The position numbers were made by a program, and so were the translations under genes. Below, one piece after another: positions 38,480 to 50,796 of a stretch of 64,000 nt of DNA. The first letter of the stretch is position 1, and each line of letters opens with the position of its first letter. The notes beneath the pieces are model-generated. The model ran no database searches. It had not been told where the DNA came from and saw only the letters and a program-made list of their open reading frames with translations. Origin of the DNA: Eledone cirrhosa (taxonomy: Eukaryota); contig OZ024758.1 in NCBI GenBank assembly GCA_964016885.1, positions 7,626,001 through 7,690,000 on the forward strand, read 5' to 3'.

Positions 38480-39010
38480 ACATCCTAGCAAAGGTTGGAT
38501 GGGTCTTCACAGACAGAGTCAGTACTGAAGTGGATCTACTGACCTCCCAAGCAGGCTGTGAGCCCGCATTTCCCTTACACACTCTACCGAATGCATTTTA
38601 TTGTGGCACCAGCACAAGGGAAATTGTCATGTTTTGACACAACTGAAGAGTCCTCCCAACCTTTTTCTTTGGCAAGCTTTCTATGTCTGGATGTCCTTCT
38701 TATCACCGACCACTTTACAGTACTGGGTGCATTTATAATGTAGATCACCAACAATAGGGAGATTGTCATCTCTTTAACACAACTGGACAGTTTCCTTCCA
38801 CTGGGATTTCCTGGCACTTCTCCACCCAGCAATCATCATCCATGCATATCACATGTCCATACCAACACAGTATTCTTTCTTGCATGCCACTTCAGATTCC
38901 TCTTAAACCCAGTTTCTCTCACAATTCATCCAAGCTCTGCCTTTCTCTCACAGTTCATCCAAGCTCTGCCTTTCTCTCACAGTTCATCCAAGCTCTGCCT
39001 TTCTCTCACA
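38480..39010 (-). mobile_element. Old RTE fragment with its 3' region, plus an adjacent 29-bp triple repeat
   Basis: KLGLRGI*SGMQERILCWYGHVICMDDDCWVEKC at ~38810-38915; repeat CAGTTCATCCAAGCTCTGCCTTTCTCTCA x3. Confidence 0.7.
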
Positions 39011-40841
39011 TTTACATTTCACATTCAACTTTTCTTCCCATATTTCTAATAAAAGACTGCACATTATTTTCAAATTATTTAGAAAATAACCAAGAATTTG
39101 GAGTGATTTAGTAATATAATTAAATCTCTATTTATTAAGCTGGTGTTTGTAACATGATTTAAAGAAGGTTCTTACATAAAATTATGATGGAAGATTTTTT
39201 GATAGATATAAACACTTTAAAACAAACAGTTTTGTATTGTAGAACCAGCGGCAGTTCCAGGCAGTTTGGTATTAAAAGGGTTAATTAGTAAATATTGAAA
39301 GAACGCAGAATGTGAAAAGGATATTTAATACCGGTTGTGGTAACCAGAAGAACAGTTAAGATTGAGAATATGTAAATATAGAAGAAAAAGGACTATGTAT
39401 GTATGTGTGTTGGTGTGCGTGTGTATGTACTGGTGTGTGTGTGTGTATGTGTTGGTGTGTGTGTGCATATGTGGAGCTCATGTGTGTTACTTTCTTTTTC
39501 TGTGTTTGACTAAATATTAAATTCTTTATTATTTTTATGTATTTTTATCCCAGAAATAAAAGATCACTTTCTACAAATAATAATAATAATAATAATAATA
39601 AACAAAAAAAATATATATACAAAATAACATGGCCAGCGCTTATTTTTTCTTCAGTATCCATAATTAATAGCTATATTATTTTATGAAGCTTGAATTTAAA
39701 ATATGCATGGCAAGCTATACATTAAGATACTTTCTTTCTTCACTCAGAAACACAAACTTCTTTATTTCACCCAGATTTTAAGTAAATGGACAATAGCAGG
39801 TCTTCCACTATCACAACCCTACCTCCCACACAAAAAAAACTAACATATATAGTACAGATTGAAATTATTTATTATTCTTTTTCTTATATATAGTTTGATA
39901 ATAATACTGTTCACAGTCTTCATTGGTTTATTATATTTACCAGTTCCATTAATATTCACTCATTGTTATGGTGTGAATATTAATTGAAGCATCTTATAAG
40001 AAAATGTCTTCATAAATAATTTAAATAACGCTTTCTGTTATTTAAAGTAATTTAAAAGTTAAAAACATTTTAATAATTAAATGGACAAGGTTTCTATTGT
40101 TATTCTTCTAAATGTTATCTTCATATCATTCTGTCTTCGGTAAAAAATAATAGTCATATCTTAGAAATATAATAATAATAGTAGAACAGTGTAAGATGGA
40201 GATAAAGGATTCCAAACAGACAAAGTTGTGATTTAATTAATGCAAAGAAATAGTGATAAAACCTGAATAATCAATTAAGTGCTTTTATCACAAGTATGTA
40301 ACAAAAAAAAAAAAAAAAAAAAAAATGTCATTAATTGTATTTAAATCATAATGATGATGATGATGATGGTGGTGTCAAATTATATTAAATGGTAAAAAGT
40401 TTACATATTACATCAACGTGAATTTAGATAAAGAACAAGTCCTATTTACAGTGGAAAGAAAATGAGGTATTAGTAGCAATAAAAAAAAAAACAAGAATCT
40501 AATCTACTAAAGGATTAAAAAAAATAGTTTCTCTGACTTCTCTTACTGAACAATGTATAGCGATTTATTTACTCCAGCAGAAAATGCTTCTTTCTTAACC
40601 CTTTCGTTACCAAACCGCCCAAAGCCGCCCCCAAAAAATTTAAGAATGTAAAGTTTCTGCAACACACAATATAAACACAGGGAAGAAGGTGAAACCAACC
40701 AGAGAGCACAAAAGGAAAAAAAATTGTTCACATGAATATAAAGAGAGCAATATATATATATTATATGTGTATGTGTATCCCAGGTTCAAATTGGGCTAAC
40801 AGCAGTAAGTCAGGTACTCAATACATAGCAGGATATAAACT

Positions 40842-40921
40842 TTTAATATAGAAATGGCTTTCCTGATGATTTCCTTCAAATGAAACTGTTCTAGTCCTGT
40901 AGAAGCCATTTCTATATTAAA
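40842..40921 (+). ncRNA. Degenerate type I hammerhead motif inside a 19-bp perfect inverted repeat
   Basis: TTTAATATAGAAATGGCTT-TC-CTGATGA-(12 nt)-GAAAC-(12 nt)-GTA-G-AAGCCATTTCTATATTAAA. Stems II and III are imperfect. Confidence 0.5.
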
Positions 40922-41299
40922 TAAATAAATATATATATAAATATATATATTAATCTGTTATTTTAATAAATATTTGCTCTATGGTTTTATATATATTATC
41001 CTTATCGAGCCCTCTTTGGATTTTAGTCTTCACATTTATTATTATTACTATATATATATAAAGAGTATATAGGTATATATAGATATAGATATAGATATAC
41101 ATATATATATATAGATATAGAAAGAATGTTGAATTACTAAGCAAGGTAGATAACTTTCTCCAATTATCAGCTGAAAATATATATTGATTCCCTTTTACTA
41201 ACTGTTGACAGTTAGACATAATTAACTGCATCAGCTAATACACTCTTGGATCATCCATTTCCACAGCTAATTAGGTCATCTATGTAACAAAAGCTATCA

Positions 41300-41840
41300 A
41301 CTACTATGGAGCTGTCTGAACCCTTGAAAGAATTTATTTTATGGATGCTTTTATAGCTAAATACTTCTGTACATCTTCCACCTATGGAGTATACCACCTC
41401 TGCCTGTGATTACACTACACCTCTTGAATAACCTTAGTCTATATAGGTTGAACCATATGGAATTCATACCATGGTGATTTCCCTTGTGACTAGAGTCCTG
41501 CCTCATTTACTGCTAATCTAGTCTTTCTTAGATATACTTTGAGGGCTCTAAATTTTAAATTTTCTTTTCACATTTGGAAAATCTTTAAATCTTTGACAGG
41601 TTCAGCTATGAAAGCTAGGTCACCAGCTCACAGGTAGTTGATAGACACCTACTTCCATGAACACTAAATTCCTGGTTAAACATATTACCAACTCTCACAT
41701 TACTGACAGCATCTCTGTACATGTCCTGTATGGCTAGCTCTCACAAGACAGTGAGTTACTGTCATACAAACATACCTTGCCATAAGTGTTAGGTTATGTT
41801 GACTTATGTCTCCTTCTACCAAAAGGTAAACTTAGCTATC
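41300..41840 (-). mobile_element. Highly decayed RTE reverse-transcriptase fragment
   Basis: AIQDMYRDAVSNVRVGNMFNQEFSVH and GDLAFIAE...KENLKFRALKVYLRKTR match the RTE RT segment around YADD. Confidence 0.7.
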
Positions 41841-42424
41841 CAATAAAAGGAGATCAATGAAATAAATACCAAACTATGAACTGAGTACTGGGGTCAATAT
41901 AAACAAAAGCCTTGAATGCAATGCTGCAGCATGTTAGCAGACCAATCAATGAAACCAGTAAAAAACAAAGACACAACAACGACAAATACAAAAGAATATG
42001 AAACAATATAGCACCTGTGATGGTAATTGGAAAACAGATCAATTAAAACATAGTTCAATATTTTCTCCTACTTTGAAACCAACTTATGTTAGAAATATAG
42101 AAACACAATCAGATGTAAAGAACATTAAGATAAATGTATATGAATGAAATAGCAATAAAATCAACAAAATCAAATAATTAGCAATTGTCCTTTCCTATAC
42201 AGTAAGATCTGCCCTTCTTTACCCCTTCCTTCCTCTTTTGTCATTACATAATTCTGTTTTTATCCTTCTTTAATATTGTTGTATAACTTGTTTGTGAAAT
42301 ATAGTTGACATAAATATATATATTAGCAATTCTACTATTCTATAAAGGTTTAAAATTGAAAAACCTGAGAAAAGACATTTTTCTTCTTTTCATTTTACTA
42401 ACATTATCTATCTATTGTTCTTGT

Positions 42425-42695
42425 GTGATGGGTCCGGGAGGGGTCATCCAGGTCAGCAGTCCGAGAGTCCACTAGTGCCTTCTACCACTGGCAGTTATGG
42501 CCACCTCCTCTGAGTCCTCCAAGGTGATGTTGAGCCTCTTAGAGAACTTCCTTAATCATGTCCAGCCATCTGTTGTGGGGCCTGCCATGGGGTCTCTTGC
42601 AGCCCCTCTGCATCCTCCGAGGTGACGTCAAGCCTCTGGAGATTTTCCCTGAATCACGTCCAGCCATCTGATGTGGGGCCTCTTCCAGCCCACCG
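42425..42695 (-). mobile_element. RTE ORF C-terminal fragment with partial duplication
   Basis: GWKRPHIRWLDVI and KRPHGRPHNRWLDMI (GRPxxRW motif). Confidence 0.75.
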
Positions 42696-42738
42696 CTACT
42701 GTCTAGCCAACATTACTAACATTATACATTATACTACC

Positions 42739-42908
42739 TATCGGTAGAGGGTCGGACGCCATGCTTTGACGCATAGAGTTACGGCCCTTGCCATTCTGAG
42801 TTCAAATCCCGCCGAGGTTAACTTTGCCTTTCATCCTTACGGGGTCGATAAAATAAAGTACCAGTAATACACTGGGTATGTGCTGGCCTTGTGCCAAAAG
42901 TAGAAACA
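42739..42908 (+). mobile_element. SINE family B with 13-bp TSD
   Basis: ATTACTAACATTA at 42712-42724 and 42909-42921. Confidence 0.9.
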
Positions 42909-43042
42909 ATTACTAACATTAAACATCCATTTTTATTTTCTCTGTTGGCATGGATGATCATGATAAAAAAATATTTAAATTTCTATGGCACTGGAGTAAT
43001 TATTTTAACACCCATCTACCAATCCTAGCTCCAAGTATTTAC

Positions 43043-43112
43043 TTATAAAAGTAGGATTGGAACCATTTGTTTTTACAGCCAGGCATATTTAGACAAGCGA
43101 AGTTATGTCTTG
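43043..43112 (-). CDS. Candidate 70-nt exon (RHNFACLNMPGCKNKWFQSYFY)
   Basis: Acceptor TATTCTTCAG, donor GTAAAT, single open frame. Confidence 0.22.
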
Positions 43113-45070
43113 CTGAAGAATACATTAAAATAGCTGTAATAAAATTTGAAATCATGATCACAGAATTATTACAACCTTGGCTTTCTGAAGTGGTCATGTA
43201 GATATGAAATATGAAGCATGAAGAATAAAGCAAGCTTAACATTTCCTAACGCATGTGTTACCATATTTCTAATGAAAAACACGGTCTATGATTTTCAAAT
43301 ATTTTTTTTTTTAAATCAACAATTTGGATAGATTTAGTAATATAACTGAGTTTCTTATTATGAAGCTGGTGTTTGGATCATAACTTAAAGAAAGCTCTTA
43401 TATAAAAATTATGATGGAAAATGTTTTAGATAAATATAAATGATTTAAAACAAACAGCTTAATAACATAGAACTAGGAGTGGTTTCAGGCGGTTTACCAT
43501 AATTTTGAAAAATCAAGAATTTGGATAGATTTAGTAATATAAGTTTTTCATTATAAAGCTGTTCTTACATGAAATTATGATGGAAGATTTTTAGATAAAC
43601 TTTAAAACAAACAGCCTAGTATCATAGAATCAGGAGTGGTTTCATGCAGTTCAGTATGGAAAGGGTTAATGTGAAGTAGGTGTTAAACAGAATGTTTTTA
43701 ATATGATCTGACCATACTGCTAATATTATGTTGCAACATAAACTGCTTGATAAAAAAAAAAAGAAGAAATTATGATCTGAAGACTGAAAGTATTAATATA
43801 AACCAAAGTGAGAATTCAGCCAGATAGTGAACAGTGAAATACATGTCTAAAGTACTTTTAATAAGGTATATGAGATATAGTAGAGGAAAAAGACAAGTTA
43901 ATGCATACAACGAAGAAGAGCTAGTAGTATGTGCAGCTTTCAGAACAGCTTAGTAATATAAAAAAAAAAACAAAATCTACTGCTACTTAATGCCTATGTT
44001 TATGTCACTAAGTGTTAGCATATTTTGCATCAACTGTACATTATCATGTGAAAGGTAACATATACGAGAGAAAATAAAGACAGGTATTTTGTACATCCAC
44101 CAAAAGAAGATTACTTTCCTTAATAGTTTGCAAGTTTTTTTTTTATGATGCTAATAATAATAATAATAATGTTTCTACTTTTGGTACAAGGCCAGCAATT
44201 ACCCCAGTGTATTACTGGTGCTTTATTTTACTGACCCCATAAGGGTGAAAGGCAAAGTTAATTATCTCACCTCTTTCTGTTCAAACCAGCTGTAACTGGC
44301 CGCTTATACTGATGTTAAGGTATTGTTCTCAAAATAGATAACATCAACATCTTGTAGATGTGAGATAATTATGTAAGATAAATCCTTTACAACAAAAATA
44401 CCATAGTAAATATAAAGTAATGTAAATGCTACAGTGCTAAACTAAAAAAATCTATCTCCATTTCTTTATATTATATTAATTTAGAATTTTCTCATGTTTT
44501 TGTTTATTTTCTAATAATAAGGAAATAAGATTTTCTAATATGGCAGGAGGTTGTCTTATTTTCATTACATAGTGCATTTGTGAACAAAAACTATTCTCCT
44601 AAATAACACTCAAAACATTTTAAACATCAAAATATCAAAACTTTGTAAATATTTTCTCCACTCGAGAATTTCAAAACCATGTGATGTGTTGATTAGCCAC
44701 TTTGGCTTATAAACAGGGTTTGGATTTTTGCCCATTTCTCAGACATAAAATAGGGGTGTGTATGCTTATATTTGAGTATATACAGTAATTAAATTTCAAA
44801 TCAATATGCCATTTCACTCTATAGCCCTTATTTTTCTTATGTCTATACCTCACTTTACTTTTCTCTTGTAACTCCTAAGGGACATAAGACATAAGGCATT
44901 TCTTGACTTACTGCTGCTACATTATGGGGCAGTTCACACCTCTTGCCCAGTCCTCCCTTGACCAATATGTATAGGATACTCCAATAGAATTTAACTGTTG
45001 TTTTCATTATATCATGGTTGTTCAGAAATTCTAAAGTAAATATTGTTAAATGTGGGAAAATGGTCAAACC

Positions 45071-45430
45071 ATGGTGGTGGTGGTGGTGGTGGTGGTGATG
45101 GTGATGATGGTAGTGGTGGTGGTGATGGTGGTGGTGGTGGTGATGATGGTGGTGGTGGTGATGATGGTGGTGATGGTGGTGATGGTGGTGATGGTGGTGA
45201 TGGTGGTGATGGTGGTGATGGTGGTGATGGTGATGATGATGATGGTGATGATGATGATGGTAGTGGTGGTGGTGATGGTGGTGGTGGTGGTGATGGTGGT
45301 GGTGATGATGGTAGTAGTGGTGGTGGTGATGATGGTGGTGGTGATGATGGTAGTGGTGGTGGTGGTGGTGATGGTGGTGGTGATGGTGGTGGTGGTGGTG
45401 GTGATGATGGTGGTGATGATGGTGGTGATA
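45071..45430. repeat. (GGT/GAT)n tract
   Basis: Triplet repeat. Confidence 0.95.
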
Positions 45431-46640
45431 TCCTTTCAGATGTTTTCATTTAAAAAAAACCTTTTACCACAACAGTTTCTGACATACAACACTTAGCTAC
45501 ATTATGTCTGCAGTCTGCATTAGATATTTTTTAGTTAATCTTTCTCAGAGAGATTTTGTTCTCATCTTAACCCTTTTGATACGAAACCACCTGAAACCAA
45601 CACTGGTTTTATGATAGAAATCTGTTTGTTTCAAAATGTTAATATTTATCTAGTTTAATTAGATGACCTCTGTGTCGTTAACACCAGTGACTTCACAGAT
45701 GATCGACTATTAATTCAACAATGGGTTGGCACAACTGCTCCAGTTAGCAGAGAAATTTATGATTATTTAGGTGTGGTGAACCACATATATTCTAACCATT
45801 AGAAAAAGCAAAATGAATGCTTCACCATCGATCGAGGAACGACTCAAGAAGAAGACAAGATGAAGAGATATTTTTCTAAAAACTTTCTGTAGGGGTTTTT
45901 CTGGCAGAAACGAAATATGTAATATATATATACAGCTCCACTACAAATTTATTGATTTGCATAAACCCTTTTAATACTTAACTATCTCTGCTTTTACAAT
46001 ACATGGCTGCTTGTTTTTAAAGTGTTTATATTAGATCTTCTATGACAATTCTATATGAGAAACTTTGTGAAGTTATATTCCAAGCATCACCCTAATAATG
46101 ATCTCTAGTATAGGCACAAGGCCAGTAATTTGGGGGGAGGGGAAAGTCAATTAAATAAACCCCAGTACGTTACTGGTGCTTTATTTTATCGACCGCTTAA
46201 GGATGAAAGGCAAAGCTAACCTTGCAGGATTTGAACTCGGACCTCAAAGCGCCGTAATTCTATGCTGCAAAGCAGGGTGTCCAACCCTCTACTGATACTG
46301 CCAATCCATTACCAATGAAAACATTTAGTTATATTACTAAATCCCTCCAAATTCTTGATCATTTTCACAGTTAATTGAAAATCACAGGCTGTGTATTTTA
46401 TTAGAAATATGGTTACAAAAGTGTTAACAACAGTACAGAGACTAAAATCAAGTATTGGTCTTCTAATTATTATATTTAACACATTTGATACCGAAGGCAC
46501 CTTATACTGACCCTCTTGCTATTATACAGGACCAGTTGTTACAAAATGTTCATATTTAAATTTAAACTTTCCATCACAATTTTATGGAAGAAAGATTTTG
46601 TTAAATTATGTTCCTAACACCAGCTTAATAATTAGAAAGT

Positions 46641-46946
46641 TACCGTATATACGCGACTATAAAGCAACCCCACTATTCTATGTCTCGATTTTTTGGTTAC
46701 ATACTCCTTGGCATATATTCAAGTATATATGGAAATTTTCTATAACAATTTTGTTACACTTGAATGTAAACCAACCCCCCACTATTTTATGTCTGAGAAA
46801 TGGGCAAAAACCCAAACCTTATTTACGTAGAATTTGAAGTTAGTGAAAAATCGTCAAAACATTAACCCCCAAATATAAGCTGATCCATCTCTACCATCGA
46901 TACTTTGGTCACATATTCTTCAGCTTATATTCGAGTATATACGGTA
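46641..46946. mobile_element. MITE family F (Tc1/mariner/pogo-type) nested in family E
   Basis: TA-CCGTATATACGCGACTATAA / TTATATTCGAGTATATACGG-TA ends (20/22 match). Confidence 0.85.
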
Positions 46947-47422
46947 TGTTGCTAACGCAAACTTAATAATTAGAAAGTTATAATAGTAAACCCTTCCAAA
47001 TTCTTGATTATTTTCAAAATTTCATTAAAAATATGGTAATGAAAGGAACCATGCTGGGTGTTACATTCCTATGGAATTCTCTAGATGCGCTTATACATTC
47101 TGTTAAGAACAGTTGATATGACTTTATAATTAATTTGAATAGTAATTTAAATTCACATGATGGCTGTTTCAAGCTAAGATGATCTGCATTATTTATAAAT
47201 TCTAATACCATTTCCTAGATTTCTACTTTTCGAAATACAAACCAACAAAAGAATCTCCACAAGGTCACCTGGCCCAATGTAATTAATTGTCCCCCAATTC
47301 TCCTTCCGGTATTATCCTAACATCTGAAAAATGTATGAACATACTGGATAAAGTAACATGCCAGAAAAGAAAACTAAATGGTCATGTCTTGAGATTATTC
47401 TCTCTCTCTATCTCTCTCTCTT

Positions 47423-47456
<34 letters not shown>

Positions 47457-47562
47457 TTACAATAATCAAAGTTCAGTTTAAGTCATTTATTTGCTTACAA
47501 TTGTTTCCTCCAAACCGAGGTTTGGATTCTTCGGAGCAACTATTTACTGATCTATAACATAC

Positions 47563-47653
47563 TTGACCTCCTTTTCAACCCAAGAGACACATAAAACATA
47601 TGCGCATATTGATCAACAGTGGGGTGACATTCATCAAATGATATAGCATGGCA
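47563..47653 (-). CDS. Candidate 91-nt exon (CHAISFDECHPTVDQYAHMFYVSLGLKRRS)
   Basis: Donor GTATGT; weak AAG acceptor downstream of (TTTTTA)n; single open frame. Confidence 0.22.
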
Positions 47654-47668
47654 CTTTACATATACAGG

Positions 47669-47786
47669 ATAAAAATAAAAATAAAAATAAAAATAAAAAT
47701 AAAAATAAAAATAAAAATAAAAATAAAAATAAAAATAAAAATAAAAATAAAAATAAAAATAAAAATAAAAACAAAAATGAAAATAA
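47669..47786. repeat. (AAAAAT)n hexanucleotide repeat
   Basis: About 17 pure units plus a degenerate end. Confidence 0.95.
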
Positions 47787-48072
47787 AGATAAACATGAAG
47801 CGTTGGCAGTCTATGAAGATAAAGCAAGAGGAAAGTTTAGAGTAGTCTGTGTATGAAACAATCTCATGTGTAGCATGCACGTGTGTCTTATTTATACATG
47901 ATTAGAGTGCGTCAGAATGATATTTGCAGGGTCAGGCAGTTGAAGCAGGCAATCGATCTTATTATGTGGGCTGAATTATTAAGTCATTTATTCGCATACA
48001 TCTGTATGATATACAGTCCCGGATGCAGGGAAACACCAAAATATCAGAAACTTTCAACATACTATAAACCTT

Positions 48073-48120
<48 letters not shown>

Positions 48121-48187
48121 TATGCTCCCACCGGTTGAGCTCTAACTTGTCTAACAAAACATACCTATATATATATATATATACATG

Positions 48188-48387
48188 GGAAAAGAGTCAG
48201 GACCCCGACGGCTGAGCTCCAGCCGTTTCGACAGCTGGATCTGAAAGGTTCGGATCTAGTTGTCGAAACGGTCGGAGCTCAGCCGTCGGGGTCCTGACTC
48301 TTTTCCTATTACCCACTCAACTACCCTTAGCATCGAGTACTCTTGTGCTTTATGGTCCACCTGGTTTCTTACCACTCTTTCCTTGTT
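48188..48387. mobile_element. Family G element: 58-bp-arm hairpin plus conserved tail, between (TA)n runs
   Basis: Arms 48188-48245 and 48249-48306 with 5 mismatches; the tail is shared with 9758 and 53760. Confidence 0.7.
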
Positions 48388-48451
48388 ATATATATATATA
48401 TATATATATTCCCATCTAATACGTTTCCTTGTGGTCGATTAGATGATATAC

Positions 48452-48500
48452 ATATCTTCTGATGAGAGCCTAATAAGATCCGAAAATCGATTAAAGATGT
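48452..48500 (+). ncRNA. Minimal type I hammerhead motif (Penelope-like)
   Basis: ATATCTT-CTGATGA-G...C-GAAA-ATCGAT-TA-AAGATGT. Stem III/loop is the palindrome AATCGATT. Predicted cleavage is after 48493. Stem II is imperfect. Confidence 0.65.
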
Positions 48501-48740
48501 TTAGCATTTTATCAATTTACCAGCAAATTCGTATTTTCTGGCATTGTTCGTCAATACTCATCTTTTTCCATTTCTCCGAGGGTTCTTAACCCTACTATCA
48601 GGCTAAATAATTTCTTTAATTTCTTTAGTCAAAATACGGCGATAGCTTACATTTCTAATAATTTCAAACCCACTCGCTGTTTCGAAAATATTCTTAATAT
48701 ATATATATATCCATAACTTGCTCATGTGGTCTACATATAC

Positions 48741-49115
48741 CATCATTATCACCATCGTTTAACATCCATCTTCCACGTTATCAGGGGTAGGACGGGCTAT
48801 CCCTTTGTTAGGGATCAGGTCGGAGGACCGTGATTCGCTCACACAGAACTGATTTTGGCTCGGTTTCTACGGCTGGGTACCCTTTCTAACGGCAACCAGA
48901 TTTACAGTGTATGCTGGGTGCCTTTTGCCATGTCGTCTACACATTCACTTTACAGAGTGGACTGGGTGCTTTTTGTCATGACACCTACACAACCAATTTA
49001 CAGAGTGGACTGGGTGCTTTTTGTCATGACATCTACACAACTAGTTTACAGTGTGGACTGGGTGCTTTTTGTCATGTCACCTAGATGACGATTTTACAGA
49101 GTGGACAGGGCGCTC
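48741..49115 (-). mobile_element. SINE A / RTE 3' fragment with amplified internal ~48-bp repeat
   Basis: TTTACAGAGTGGACTGGGTGCTTTTTGTCATG... occurs 4-5 times. Confidence 0.8.
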
Positions 49116-49269
49116 GCTTTATATATAGAGAACCCATGATCAAGATGTGGTTCCCTGATCTATTTAATCTTGAACGATGATAACCTGCTCAACCCATGCC
49201 AGCATAGAAAGTAAATCAATGATGATGATGTTAATGATACATAGTAAATTATAAAATAAAACATCTTAC

Positions 49270-49310
49270 TTCACCATCATCAACAACATAAAATAACAGA
49301 TTCCTTTCTA
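49270..49310 (-). CDS. Candidate 41-nt exon (ERNLLFYVVDDGE)
   Basis: Donor GTAAGA; ends in phase 0, compatible with the 47653 candidate; acceptor is weak. Confidence 0.15.
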
Positions 49311-50089
49311 CTTGTAAAGTGTTCATTGTATTTCAGAAATAGTTATGGGTTTTAAATTTTTCAGTAAATTGCTTCAAATATTTCCTGACCATTTTCTTCA
49401 ATTAAGACACAGCCCCGTATAATCTATTTTCCCTGTGCTCATCTCTTCAACAGTTTAAATTTATAGCTGAATAAAAGTTAGAACAATATGTTTTTAAATC
49501 TTAATCCAACTAGAAAAATTATTAAAGGAAAAAAGGGGGGAGAAAGAAGAAAATTTATAAAAATTACTAGAAATCTGTGAAGGATATTGAGAGGTGGTGA
49601 TGGAAACAATTGTCAATAGAGAAAGGCGATGAGGGAAGCAAAATTATTTTGCTGACAGAATAGACAATGGCAATGTGCCCTGGCACATAATAGAACTGTA
49701 GGCAATTGATGAAGATCAAATTAATCTTTCTAAAAATATAATTAATTGTTTGAGAAATACCTGACAGCTAGTAAAGAGAAGAAACATAAAATGTTATTGT
49801 GAGAATAATACAGCTTCAGCTCTTATTACCCCCCCTCCACTACTGTTGATATTGTTAGTATGCTAAATGTTTCAAAATACAATTACTGTTATGCAAAATA
49901 AAATAAACAAATTAAACCTTTAAAAAACATATAAAATAAAAAAAAAAAATTAAAAAAAAAGAAGTAAAGATGAAGGTTCATATTTTAATCAATAGACGAA
50001 AGCATGTGAGAGTGCCAAGCTATTTTATAGTTCAATGCTTGCTTGGTGTCATAGAATATAGTTAAATTCAAGAGTACCGCTAAAAAATA

Positions 50090-50474
50090 TACCATATATT
50101 ACTTGAATATGAGCTGAAGAATATGTGACCCCCAAAAATCGATAGTAAAATGGGAGGAGGGGGAAAGGGTCCAGCTTCTGCCTTGGTATATAAATGGGGT
50201 TTGTATTTTTGTCCATTTCCATAAAATAAAAGGGATTGGCTTATATTTAACCCTTTAGCATTTAAACTGGCCATATCTGGCCAGAATTCTCTCACCTCTT
50301 TCTGTTCAAACCAGCTGTAACTGGCCATTCATACTGATTTTAAGGTATTATTCTCAAAATAAATAATATCAAAATTTCAAAGATTCGATATTATGTGAGA
50401 TGAAGCCATTACCACAAAAATACAATAGTAAATATGGAGTAATGTAAATGTTAAAGGGTTAAGTATATACTGTA
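50090..50474. mobile_element. MITE family F with family D (50247-50462) inserted in its right TIR
   Basis: TACCATATATTACTTGAATATGAGC ... GGCTTATAT-TTAA-[D]-TTAA-GTATATACTGTA. Confidence 0.85.
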
Positions 50475-50796
50475 ATTAATTCAAGAGTACCAGCTACATT
50501 ACCACTAAAACATAGTTAATTTGAAGAGTACGAATGACATCTCCCACTAAATACAAGAAACTGGTCCTCTTAATGGTTCAGTTAGTTTCTCAGTTATGCT
50601 TGACTGCTTTCAACATCTGAGAAGTTTTAATCTGCAACTAACTAAATTTTCAGATTAAACTTTCTCTAAATAAAATAGCATTTTCTCAAATGACTGATCA
50701 CCTTATGAAAACATTACAGGGTGGCCATGACTGGACTTTTACCTGCTGAGGCTCTAAGCTATATGTAAAAAATATAATTCATTGTCATTGTCATTT

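Noticed and set aside
40861-40902. Box C/D snoRNA (TGATGA plus terminal stem)
   Set aside because: There is no CTGA D box at the 3' end and the loop is too short; the hammerhead order fits better.
45658-45801. Plus-strand frame LDDLCVVN... as an RT fragment or exon
   Set aside because: No other RT motifs and no convincing splice sites.
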